The notes below the pieces were generated by a model. It worked only from the letters and a program-made list of their open reading frames with translations. It did no database searches and was not told the origin of the DNA. A stretch of DNA of 63,974 nt, the filler included, from Octopus bimaculoides (taxonomy: Eukaryota), in NCBI RefSeq assembly GCF_001194135.2. It is 4 parts of 4 records of this genome, joined end to end, with 100 filler letters (N's around TTAATTAATTAA, not from the genome) between each part and the next. Parts side by side here need not be neighbours in the genome. Positions count along the whole stretch, not along the records: positions 1 to 19,796 come from NC_069008.1; positions 19,897 to 50,794 come from NC_068982.1; 2 more parts are not named here. One strand, 5' to 3'. A program made the position numbers and the translations under genes. Shown one piece after another: positions 11,885 through 22,488 of this stretch. The first letter of the stretch is position 1. Each line of letters begins with the position of its first letter.

Positions 11885-13237
11885 TATACATACATATACA
11901 CATACATACATACATACATACATACATACATACANNNNNNNNNNNNNNNNNNNNNNNNNNNNNNNNNNNNNNNNNNNNNNNNNNNNNNNNNNNNNNNNNN
12001 NNNNNNNNNNNNNNNNNNNNNNNNNNNNNNNNATATATATATATATATATATATATAAATATATATGCTGCTTTATTAATAAAGCTAAAAAAGCATCCCA
12101 AAAACGGTTACTCAGAGTTTCACGTTCCCGTTTGTCGGACAGTTATGATTGAGAATAAAGTTATATGTATAGATATACAATTACATTGATAGATACACTT
12201 TTGAAATTGGTTTTTGTTTCATTGGTCCTTTCAACTAAGGGCCTCCTCAATAACCGGTTATAAAAAATTAAAATTACGATTTAAAATCATATTTAAAATT
12301 GAAGAAAACCTTAAATCAAAACTTTGTTTTAGTAGAAGGAAAAAAATGTATACCTAAGGAAATTAATTAATGGTAAATAAATTTTAATGAATTAAAAAGA
12401 TATGTCCATTTAAAATAAAGACTGTTACTAAGAACTAAATCATAAAAATACATATACATTTAGTTATACATACACATACCACAAAACCTATACGTACAGA
12501 TATACACTAAACACATAAACGTTGGTACATGCCTATATAAATATTCAAACAAATACAGGCAAAACATATATTTATACTAACGTATATATAGGCATCTACA
12601 TACATATATATACACATATAATGCGTCCACGTGCGTACTTCTTAATATGTAGTTTAAAATGTGGTCTGCAATGTCAAAAATCTGTGAAACTTTTGTTTAG
12701 ATTTTTGGAAATATAACTTTTTGGCCACAATATCATCCGAGAAACACAAAATGTGATGTTTCCATTTTTTTATTTGTCATCTTGCATATATGGCAACAAT
12801 AATAAAATGGTTGCCAAAAAGCGCGCGCGCGTGCGTGTGTGTATCTGATGCCATGAAGATTTATTAGTTTACTTTGATCCATGGATCTAAAATTATCCTT
12901 ATATAGATTAACTAAATAAAGAATTGAACATCCGAATGAACTAATGATATCTTTTGAATTTCTTCCATATGTGTATTGTCTTAATGTATACATGTATTTA
13001 GCGAAAAACTCTTAAAATTGCGTGGTCACACCCTGACCTGATTATTTTCTTCGTATAATTACATTAATTTATGAAATTTCCACTTGTAATGTGTAATGTG
13101 ATTGTCATCAGAAATGGAATCCAGCTGCAGAAGCCATGCCAAAGCAGACATTGTAGCTTGACGCACACCTCCCAAGCCCCTGTCGAACCGTCCAACACAT
13201 ACTAGCATGGAAAACGCGGACTTTAAGAAATAATGAT

Positions 13238-13330
<93 letters not shown>

Positions 13331-13399
13331 TACACATTCATACACACGCATATATATGACTGCGAAGCTTTGGCTTGCCTTCTGAAGATATTTTTTCTG

Positions 13400-14560
13400 A
13401 TACGTTATCCTTTTCTGTTGGACACTGATAGACTTGGATTTTTTTCTTAAAGTAAATAACATTGTTACGAGAGTTTCCAATCAATGGATAGAAGTTTACA
13501 ATCTCGAACTGAGGAAATTTGTACCATTCCTTTGAACTGTCTCCATCCTATTCTTGTTCTAGCAACTACGCTTTTAGACCAACCTCCTCCACTGCCTAAT
13601 TTGGTCACCTAGGTAACAGAAACTATTTACAATTTCTAACGAGTCTTCAATATATTAAAGACATTTCTATTCGTGTGTGTGTCCTCAGTGCTTATTGTTC
13701 CTGCGCATCTACCACATGCAAAAACTACTTTCTCTGTTAACCTTCTTGTGATTGTACTTCATATCCTATGTGCTCATAGCTTTCACTCAACACACCGTAT
13801 GGAATTCCTGCCAACACCTTTCCTATATATCAAACAGGACAGGTTTGCAACACTAAGAGAGCCCTATCCGTTTTCTTGCTAACTACACATTTGGTCTTTT
13901 CAAGGTTAATTTAAAACCATTTAACTTCAGGCCATTTAATTCGACACCAGGAATTTCGTTTTTCAGTTTTGCTGCAGATTCTTCTACAAATGCTATCTAT
14001 GTCATCCGTATACAGAGAAGTTTATAGTAGTTCCCACAGGCAGCCAGTTTTAAATTCCTTTGCTATGGCTTGGAAGATCCTGATGAAGAGGAGGGAACTG
14101 AGTACTGAACCCTGGTGAAATTCTTGTACACTATATTTATTGCCATACCCATGGGCAACTCTCACTCTACTGTCAGTAGCCCTGTTCATGACCCTGACAA
14201 ACCATTCGTCTAATCCCAGCTTCCTTAGAGGCCATCAGGTTACAGGGCCAGAGACTCTGTCGAAACCTTTTTCAAGGTCAATAAATGCCAATTATTTAAT
14301 TTTAGATATTTTTCCTGAAGATGCCTTACTAAGAAAATGGCACCCAAAGTATTCCTTTCTGGCTCAAAAATCAAACTGCATACCATCTAGTCTAACTCTG
14401 TTCATTTGTATATACGAATGAATTCGTAAGTGCCTTTTCTTCTCGTTGGTTTTTGGTGTCGCATGGCCAGAAATTACCGTGAATTTTTTTAGAGACACTT
14501 TCAAATTTATCAGAATATTGGGCTGAAGATGCGGAATAGAGTAATCTCTTAACCGCGAAA
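13400..14560 (-). mobile_element. RTE-clade LINE reverse transcriptase fragment
   Basis: Degenerate HQGSVLS.LLF, KEFKTGCLWELL..DD and LG..GSGGGWSKSVVARTRIGWRQFK motifs. Confidence 0.8.
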
Positions 14561-14573
14561 CGTTCGTATCCAA

Positions 14574-14791
14574 TTAACTAAAGGCAGGTTTGTTTTTGCT
14601 TTTCACTCTGGTTTTTTGTTCTATGTTTGCCATAAATATCGCCATCCGTTTAGAGAAAAATTTGTAGTTTAGAATCAGTAGTTCTTTGACTGCTATTTCT
14701 AAATTTTCAGTATGTTGGAGAAGCAACTCAATGCTAATCCCTGTATATTTATGATGATAAATGGTTTTACCGATAAAGGTTTTTTCATACT
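14574..14791 (-). repeat. Dispersed repeat resembling a Penelope-type 3' end; same family as 37946-38514
   Basis: Clear similarity to both arms at 37946-38514. Translates to ..ENLEIAVKELLI.., like a GIY-YIG C-terminus. Confidence 0.5.
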
Positions 14792-15046
14792 NNNNNNNNN
14801 NNNNNNNNNNNNNNNNNNNNNNNNNNNNNNNNNNNNNNNNNNNNNNNNNNNNNNNNNNNNNNNNNNNNNNNNNNNNNNNNNNNNNNNNNNNNNNNNNNNN
14901 NNNNNNNNNNNNNNNNNNNNNNNNNNNNNNNNNNNNNNNNNNNNNNNNNNNNNNNNNNNNNNNNNNNNNNNNNNNNNNNNNNNNNNNNNNNNNNNNNNNN
15001 NNNNNNNNNNNNNNNNNNNNNNNNNNNNNNNNNNNNNNNNNNNNNN

Positions 15047-15079
<33 letters not shown>

Positions 15080-15151
15080 TGGATGTATGTATGCTTGGCC
15101 GCTAAAAAAAACAAGTTCTTTTCATTCTCTCTCTGTTTATTTTCTCTTATT

Positions 15152-15187
15152 CCTTTCTGCTGAAGAGCGTAGGCTCAAAACGTAAAA
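15152..15187 (+). ncRNA. Degenerate minimal hammerhead-like motif (CUGCUGA, AAAAC)
   Basis: ccttt CTGCTGA A GAGC-GTAG-GCTC AAAAC GTA aaa. Same family as 22399-22435, with two core deviations. Confidence 0.4.
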
Positions 15188-15278
15188 TACTTCTTCATTT
15201 TCCTGAGCATCAAACTAATACAATTGCTTGTTGTTCATATACCTTTCTTCGTATATTGTTTTTCTATAAATTCCAACA

Positions 15279-15316
<38 letters not shown>

Positions 15317-15493
15317 AGAGAGAGAGAGAGAGGGGAAATGAGGATGACGACAACTGTGGAGTTGGTATTTATGATGACGTCTCTCTTAAGACCGGTGATT
15401 TCAGTGGAAGTGGCGTTTGTGATTATCCCAATCATGACAATATCGGTACTGGTTTTGTTGGTGGCAGGAATAAGAATACCAAATTGCACTTAC

Positions 15494-15571
15494 TTATTTT
15501 GTCTTCAGTAAACTTCCTCGGATTAACTTTCTTTCGTTTCAATACACATACGCTAACGACCTCTCTGGTAT
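15494..15571 (-). CDS. Putative penultimate coding exon: (N)TREVVSVCVLKRKKVNPRKFTEDKI
   Basis: Donor A|gtaagtg at 15493, phase 1. Only this frame is open from the gap to the donor. The acceptor is uncertain (aag at 15572, or inside the gap from 15594). Confidence 0.5.
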
Positions 15572-16524
15572 CTTTCTTGTAAATACAGTAGAANNNNNNN
15601 NNNNNNNNNNNNNNNNNNNNNNNNNNNNNNNNNNNNNNNNNNNNNNNNNNNNNNNNNNNNNNNNNNNNNNNNNNNNNNNNNNNNNNNNNNNNNNNNNNNN
15701 NNNNNNNNNNNNNNNNNNNNNNNNNNNNNNNNNNNNNNNNNNNNNNNNNNNNNNNNNNNNNNNNNNNNNNNNNNNNNNNNNNNNNNNNNNNNNNNNNNNN
15801 NNNNNNNNNNNNNNNNNNNNNNNNNNNNNNNNNNNNNNNNNNNNNNNNNNNNNNNNNNNNNNNNNNNNNNNNNNNNNNNNNNNNNNNNNNNNNNNNNNNN
15901 NNNNNNNNNNNNNNNNNNNNNNNNNNNNNNNNNNNNNNNNNNNNNNNNNNNNNNNNNNNNNNNNNNNNNNNNNNNNNNNNNNNNNNNNNNNNNNNNNNNN
16001 NNNNNNNNNNNNNNNNNNNNNNNNNNNNNNNNNNNNNNNNNNNNNNNNNNNNNNNNNNNNNNNNNNNNNNNNNNNNNNNNNNNNNNNNNNNNNNNNNNNN
16101 NNNNNNNNNNNNNNNNNNNNNNNNNNNNNNNNNNNNNNNNNNNNNNNNNNNNNNNNNNNNNNNNNNNNNNNNNNNNNNNNNNNNNNNNNNNNNNNNNNNN
16201 NNNNNNNNNNNNNNNNNNNNNNNNNNNNNNNNNNNNNNNNNNNNNNNNNNNNNNNNNNNNNNNNNNNNNNNNNNNNNNNNNNNNNNNNNNNNNNNNNNNN
16301 NNNNNNNNNNNNNNNNNNNNNNNNNNNNNNNNNNNNNNNNNNNNNNNNNNNNNNNNNNNNNNNNNNNNNNNNNNNNNNNNNNNNNNNNNNNNNNNNNNNN
16401 NNNNNNNNNNNNNNNNNNNNNNNNNNNNNNNNNNNNNNNNNNNNNNNNNNNNNNNNNNNNNNNNNNNNNNNNNNNNNNNNNNNNNNNNNNNNNNNNNNNN
16501 NNNNNNNNNNNNNNNNNNNNNNNN

Positions 16525-16580
<56 letters not shown>

Positions 16581-16689
16581 GAGAAAGAGAAAGAAACGGA
16601 GAATGGGAAATGTTAAATTTAAACATGTTGTGGAAAAGTTGTAGTTTTATAAATTTCATCAACAATCTTTCAATTTCCGGATGACTTAC

Positions 16690-16723
16690 TCGCAATTTGT
16701 TTGGCGTAATAAAGTTCTAGATT
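16690..16723 (-). CDS. Putative 34-nt coding exon: NLELYYAKQIA
   Basis: Acceptor gttttttgacag, donor GA|gtaagtc; phase 0 in and phase 1 out, compatible with both neighbours. Confidence 0.6.
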
Positions 16724-16954
16724 CTGTCAAAAAACGTTTTTACACCTTTATAGTCTCAGCTTCAAGATAAAGTAAAGTTAATATATACTGTTTCCTCTTT
16801 GTATGTGTGTAGGGTAAATTTTAATCGTCAGGCGTTACTTTAATGTTTCATACTTGTGTGATTATTTTTGCATCATGCTGTGTTATGAACATTATGCCTA
16901 TCATTATTCGTCTGTTTCTGTGTTACTTTCCGTATAACATTGCCATTGACTCAC

Positions 16955-17099
16955 CAGGCATTTAAACGAAGAACAATCGCAATGCTCCACATCACGCATC
17001 ACAAAATAAAGCATTAGTAAGGAGTATAATATTTTTATACAGACTTCAAAAAGATTAATGACCATGGTACTACCCATAGAATAGATCAGATAATATAAA
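16955..17099 (-). CDS. Putative 145-nt coding exon with hydrophobic segments: LYYLIYSMGSTMVINLFEVCIKILYSLLMLYFVMRDVEHCDCSSFKCL
   Basis: Acceptor aattttttgtttcttag, donor CTG|gtgagtc; open frame, phase 2 in and phase 0 out. Confidence 0.62.
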
Positions 17100-17131
17100 C
17101 TAAGAAACAAAAAATTAACAGCCAGCAGCTA

Positions 17132-17174
<43 letters not shown>

Positions 17175-17380
17175 ATGGTTAAAATTCGAATTTCAGTAGT
17201 GATGCCTTCCCGATCATAGTGGCTCTGCCTAATATAAAGTTACAAACTGCAAAGATCTCATACGAAAATATGACAAAATAACTTGGTAAAAAAGACATTA
17301 AAAGTTCTTTGTAATACAACACACAGCCACACATTCGTATAATGATGATGGTAGTTGTAGTCATAGTAGTAGAAGTAGAG

Positions 17381-17419
<39 letters not shown>

Positions 17420-17488
17420 TTCCCTAATCGTTGTTACTATACAAAAGACGTAAAAAATATTAAGACCCAAATTCAAAATGAAAAGAAA

Positions 17489-17719
17489 TTAGAATTTTCT
17501 TAAAATTGTAGTTTTTATTCCATTTGTAACGGGAGCGTTAGGAAGAGCTACAAGGAGTTTGAATGGTTGGATGGTGATGTTGGATACCGAGATGAACTTT
17601 ATTTGACACGACAATAACCATAAGTACCAGATACCTAAGTTTGTGGGATGCAGTCTGGAATCTAGTAATCTGATACTGTTAGGACAGCACTGAAACGCTG
17701 AGGGAATGAACGGAATAAC

Positions 17720-17768
<49 letters not shown>
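17489..17768 (+). mobile_element. 3' end of an RLE-type non-LTR element with (AAT)n tail
   Basis: FIPFVTGALGRA..LNGW, typical of the end of restriction-like endonuclease ORFs, then UTR and (AAT)n. Confidence 0.55.
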
Positions 17769-17805
<37 letters not shown>

Positions 17806-17879
17806 GGTGGTGGTGGTGGTGATTCCAAACGAACAAGTCTAGTCTACTTCCAATAAAAATTTATGATTTCGCCCTAAAA

Positions 17880-19420
17880 GAAATCCTTGCTGATTCCAAA
17901 TGTAACTTGACTTCAATAAATCACCTCAAACATGCAGCTGCTAAGGGAATAGGTATTAAACTAAAGAAAAGGGGACACAAAAAGAACATGCAAAGACAAT
18001 CAAAGTGGAAAGAACGAATAAGCAAAGAAATTGAACTACTTAGGTGAGAACTTTCTATCTTAGATTAATCATCTAAAGAGAACAACGTCAACACAAAGAC
18101 AGATGGAACAGTGAAACACAAGTAAAAACTAATCGAGATGGATGAATTAGTAAAATCCAAAGAGTTAGTAAAGCAAAATCTACAGCATAAGGCACGACGT
18201 TTCAGTAAAATTGATACAAGAAGTAACTTCTGTTGACAAAAACAAAATATTCAAAGCTGATGTGGAAACTTTTTACGGAGAACATAGAAAGCAAACGATA
18301 AAAATTAAGCACCCACTGGAAACGCATGAAGGAGAAACATTCTGGGACAATATATCGAGTAATAACAATGGGATTAATGATCACAAGAGAGGAAGAAAGA
18401 ATGGTGAATGTACATGAAGAGAATTGGGAAGATATCACCGCCAAGGAAGTGAAAGATGCCTTATCAAAGGCTCGTAAATAGAAATCCCACCTGGCATGAC
18501 ATAATACCAAACTTTTGGCTGAATGATCTGAAGACATAAGCAAGTGTCTGAGTATTTTTCTGACATAATGAAAAACCCAGAAAACATGCCATCTTAGCTG
18601 ACACACTTATGTGCTGCCTAAAAATGATTAAAAACTCGAAGAACTACAGGCTAATGACGAATCCTCTTACCACTCACAAAATATTTACATCAATTCTAAC
18701 GGAGCGCACGTACTAATTTCTTGACCAACACATTCCGCCTTCAGAACTGATGGACTGCTGTAGGAATTCTTATGGCTGCAAAGATCAACTTCTGATTAAT
18801 CGAGGGTTTCTTTTGACGAAGTATGAAAATTTGGTACAGAAAATTGTACCTCAATCATAGTAAATGTATAAGTACATCTAACAGTATTGATATTCTTTTC
18901 TGCTCTAGGCACAAGGCCCGAAATTTGGGAGGAGGGGCCAGTCAATTAGATCTACCCCAGTACGCAACTGGTATTTAATTTATCGACCCCGAAAGGATGA
19001 AAGACAAAGTCGACCTTTGTGGAATTTGAACTTAGAACGTAAAGACATACGAAATGCCACTAAGTATTTCGCCCGGCATTCTAACGTTTCTGCCAGCTCA
19101 CCGTCTTCTGGCAGTATTGATATTAACCGAGGAATATTCTAAGGAGACTAATTGTCCCTATTCCCTTTTCGCTTAGCACTCATATCTCTGTCACATGAAT
19201 TGAACCATACACAATATGATATGGATACAATATCTTTGATAGAACAATGTTATGCCTCTTTTATATGGATAACCTCAAGCTATACGCAAAAATAATAATG
19301 ATGGGGTGGTATTACTAACAACTGTGAAAAGTTTTATTGAAAACATTAACATGGAGTTTGGCTTGGATAAGTACGCCAAAAAGCAGCATTTAAAAGAGGA
19401 AAACTTCTACAACGTCCATT
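17880..19420 (+). mobile_element. R4/Dong-like (RLE clade) non-LTR RT fragment, interrupted by a SINE
   Basis: Degenerate FW.NI, IT.KEVK.AL.K, NFWL, NYR.., SYGCKDQLLIN motifs. After SINE removal, IDINRGIF.GD..SL, HLFYMDNLKLYAK and FGLDK are collinear. Confidence 0.8.
18895..19111 (-). mobile_element. tRNA-derived SINE family A (Deu/Nin-like central domain) with 13-bp TSD
   Basis: Minus head gagctggcagaaacgttag..gttctaagttcaaattcc, then tttcatcctttcggggtcgataaa. Direct repeat cagtattgatatt at 18882-18894 and 19112-19124. Confidence 0.9.
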
Positions 19421-19840
19421 ACTCTAAATGATATATGCTGTGCTGTTGAAGCTATTGCAACCGAGTTGAAGCCAGGAGTGTCAAAAGTACTGTCAAGGCT
19501 TCCTCCAAAGTTAGCAGCTGGTTTCCAAAACCAGAAAAGAGTTCTGTCTTGTTTTGGAAACACATTTTAAGAGTTTCCACATGCTCTAGAAAACATGGAC
19601 TTAGCTAAACTAGAGAGAGCTCTCATTCATAATCTCGACTCAGAACGCAGTGTCGAATGTATCAACTATGAGTTGAGACGTCGAAGTGCGAAGCAACTCA
19701 AATTAGCATCATCTTCTCTAGTTAAATCCAAATCAGCTGATCTGATTGAATGCTGAAAAAATCCGAAGCATTCAGGCAATTTACCAAACTCACTAANNNN
19801 NNNNNNNNNNNNNNNNNNNNNNNNNNNNNNNNNNNNNNNN

Positions 19841-19852
19841 TTAATTAATTAA
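19841..19852. other. Artificial gap spacer TTAATTAATTAA (also at 50839-50850 and 62297-62308)
   Basis: Identical 12-mer, with stops in all six frames, centred in three separate 100-bp N gaps. Confidence 0.9.
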
Positions 19853-19896
19853 NNNNNNNNNNNNNNNNNNNNNNNNNNNNNNNNNNNNNNNNNNNN

Positions 19897-20230
19897 CCAT
19901 CTTGAGCGTGACCGTTGCCAGTACCGCCTGACTGGCCTTTGTAGGGTTTTCGAGCGAGATCGTTGCCAGTGCCCCTGGACTGGCTCTTGTGCGGGTGGCA
20001 CATAAAAGACACCATTTCGAGCGTGGCTGTTTTCGTGCGGGTGACACGTAAAAGCACCTACTACACTCTCTGAGTGGTTGGCGTTAGGAAGGGCATCCAG
20101 CTGTAGAAACTCTGCCAGATTAGATTGGAGCCTGATGTAGCCATCCGGTTTCACCAGTCCTCAATCAAATCGTCCAACCCATGCTAGCATGGAAAGCGGA
20201 CGTTAAATGATGATGATGATGATGATGATA
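19897..20230 (+). mobile_element. Dispersed retroposon family C (3' part ending in (GAT)n)
   Basis: gacacgtaaaagcacc..gttaggaagggcatccagctgtagaaactctgcc..catgctagcatggaaagcggacgttaaatgatgatg. Near-identical at 49063-49240; related pieces near 22575, 41650, 42800, 44420 and 44880. Confidence 0.8.
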
Positions 20231-21247
20231 TATATATATATATCATTATATGTCTAGTGTGTGTGTGCATGCGTGCATGTGTGTGTGTGCATGCGTGCAT
20301 GTGTGTGTGTGCATGCGTGCATGTGTGTGTGTGTGTGTGTGTGTCCTTGACATCACGAGTGTCATTGTTATATAAGTAGTGTCATCCATTTCCAGTGTCC
20401 TGCAAGAATATCTTTGGCTAAAGGGAAAAATTACTTTACTTGGAAACAGGTGAGGTTTAATAACAGTAAGGGCATCCAGTTATTAGAAAATCTGCCTCAA
20501 ATAAACTCCATCTGATTCATACAACTATGGAAAAATAGACACTAAAATGATGATGGTGGTGGTGGTGGTGGTATTTGCGCCGGTGGTGGCGGCGGTAGCA
20601 GCGGCAACAGCGGCAGCAGCTGCAGCAGTGGCAGCATCGGCGGCAGCGATGGCGATGGCGACAGCGATGGCGATGGCGACAGCGACGGCAGTGTGATGAT
20701 GATGATGATGATGATGGCGGTGGCGATGGTGATGATGGTGGTGGTGGTGGTGATGGTGGTACATATGTGTATGTGCGTGCACGTGCATGTGTGTGTGTGT
20801 GTGTGTGTGCATGCGTGTGTGTTTGATGGGGATCTTTCAGTTTCCACCTACCTAATTCACAGACAAGACTTTGGTCCGCCTGGTGCTGTAGTAGTAAAGG
20901 AGAAAATATTAGGATGTTGTGTGGTGGGGATGAATCTGAAACTTCACGGTTGGGAATGGAAGGATTGCAAGGCTGTGTTAAAGAAAGCAATTGTTCGATA
21001 GAATTTTATCCAGAATGATGTAGGCAGAAGTTGCCATTGCTGCTGCTGACATGTAAGAGGCAGCGTTATGATGAGAGGCTATTGAATGTAGTAGAGATTG
21101 CATGAGATAAAGAAGTGCTACTTTGTGATGACCCTACAAAGGAACCAAGAATTTGGGTTTAGAGCAGAGAGGCAGATAAAGCAATAAACACTTAAAAGCT
21201 GCTGGATGATATTTTCCAGATTGAAACTCAAACGTTTACTAACATCA

Positions 21248-21500
21248 TCAAGTACAGAAATAATTATTGGTTAAAAAGATGAATTTATAATCAGGGTGGT
21301 GGAGTGGTTGGTCTTGAAGCAGCTGTCTATAAATATTCTTCAAGCTGATTTTGGTAGAGATGTTCACACTTGCAGAGCTGCAAACCTCTGTGATTGGACA
21401 TGACTTACGTTTTCTGTATGAGATAACTATATCAGGCTTTTTATGTTTATACTTGGTAAAGTTTTGATGGAAATGTTCCTTATGCTGATGTGCATGTAAG
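21248..21500 (-). mobile_element. Older RLE endonuclease fragment
   Basis: KHKKPDIVISYRKRKSCPITEV..NISTKI..HPDYKFIF. Confidence 0.7.
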
Positions 21501-21524
21501 TGCAAATGTGTGTGTGTCTCTTCT

Positions 21525-22250
21525 ATTTTTTTAATTATTATATATCTTCCACTCAGGAGGGACCCGGTTTCCAACAGGGATACAAGGCTCTATCTTTGGG
21601 ATGTAGTTGACACAGACAAATTCACATTTGGAACTNNNNNNNNNNGGATGTAGTTGACACAGACAAATTCACATTTGGAACTTGAGAAAAGTCTTGCATA
21701 TTTTTACTGTTCCACTCACAGATTTCACTTGTAATGTATGAATAAGTCAGTCGATTTCTCTTTCTGAAAATCCCAGTTTATCAAGATTCTCCTTTAAGTA
21801 TTTACTAACAAATCCTAGTGCTCCAATTATTATTGGTATGAATATGAATTCATAGTCTGGATATAGAAACTGGAGGTTTCAAAGCAGTTGTCCATAGATA
21901 TCCTCTTTACCTTTGATTTTCAAAGAGTTATTTATATCTGCAGGGCAGCTGACTCTATGATGGTACATACCTTTGCCCCTCTGTCCCAGACAACAATATC
22001 CGGCCTGTTATGCTTACATCTGACAAAAGTTTTGATGGGAACATTCCACCAGTATTCCTCGAGTTGGTGTTTATAAATGTATTCCATAACAGAGGGATTT
22101 TCTAAGTTTATTTCGGGGCAGTCTTTTCTGCAGATGGCATTATAAATTGTTTTAGCAACAACATCGTGCTGCATAGGGAGGTAGTACCATGCATGCATGT
22201 GTCTATGTAGGTTTTTCTTTGAGAGTTAAGGTCTTCTTAATGGAATTCAG
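21525..22250 (-). mobile_element. RLE-type non-LTR element 3' end (endonuclease, UTR, taataat tail)
   Basis: YYLPMQHDVVAKTIY..EYWWNVPIK..KHNRPDIVVWD..CTIIE, then YPDYEFIFIPIIIGALGFV. Confidence 0.85.
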
Positions 22251-22398
22251 ATTGGTCACTAACAAGATGACAAGACCTTTTGAGTTAAAACTGTTCCTGT
22301 GGTTTGTAAATATGTGGTTGAGTTAGAGTGTGTATATTGACCGTTGACTGAACACTATTCAATTTGTTTTCTCCGTGTTTTTCTCCTTGTCTCCGTAT

Positions 22399-22435
22399 TC
22401 TTTCTGTTGAAGAGCGTAGCTCGAAACGTCAAAGA
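22399..22435 (+). ncRNA. Minimal hammerhead-like motif with variant core (CUGUUGA)
   Basis: TCTTT CTGTTGA A GAGC-GTA-GCTC GAAAC GTC AAAGA: 5-bp stem I, 4-bp stem II, no stem III loop, palindromic ACGT. Confidence 0.55.
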
Positions 22436-22453
22436 CTTTCCGTNNNNNNNNNN

Positions 22454-22488
<35 letters not shown>

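Noticed and set aside
15330-15480. Plausible-looking peptide EDDDNCGVGIYDDVSLK on the plus strand
   Set aside because: It looks like eroded GAT/GGT repeat, lacks splice support and lies in the intron of the minus-strand model.
16690-16723. LELYYAKQIAKRY resembles NPY/NPF neuropeptides
   Set aside because: There is no RxRF/Y-GKR amidation site, and the upstream exon is hydrophobic rather than a prepropeptide.
21597-21685. Short direct repeats flanking 11-N and 10-N gaps (also 48233-48330)
   Set aside because: The copies are identical on either side of a tiny gap, typical of unmerged contig overlaps.
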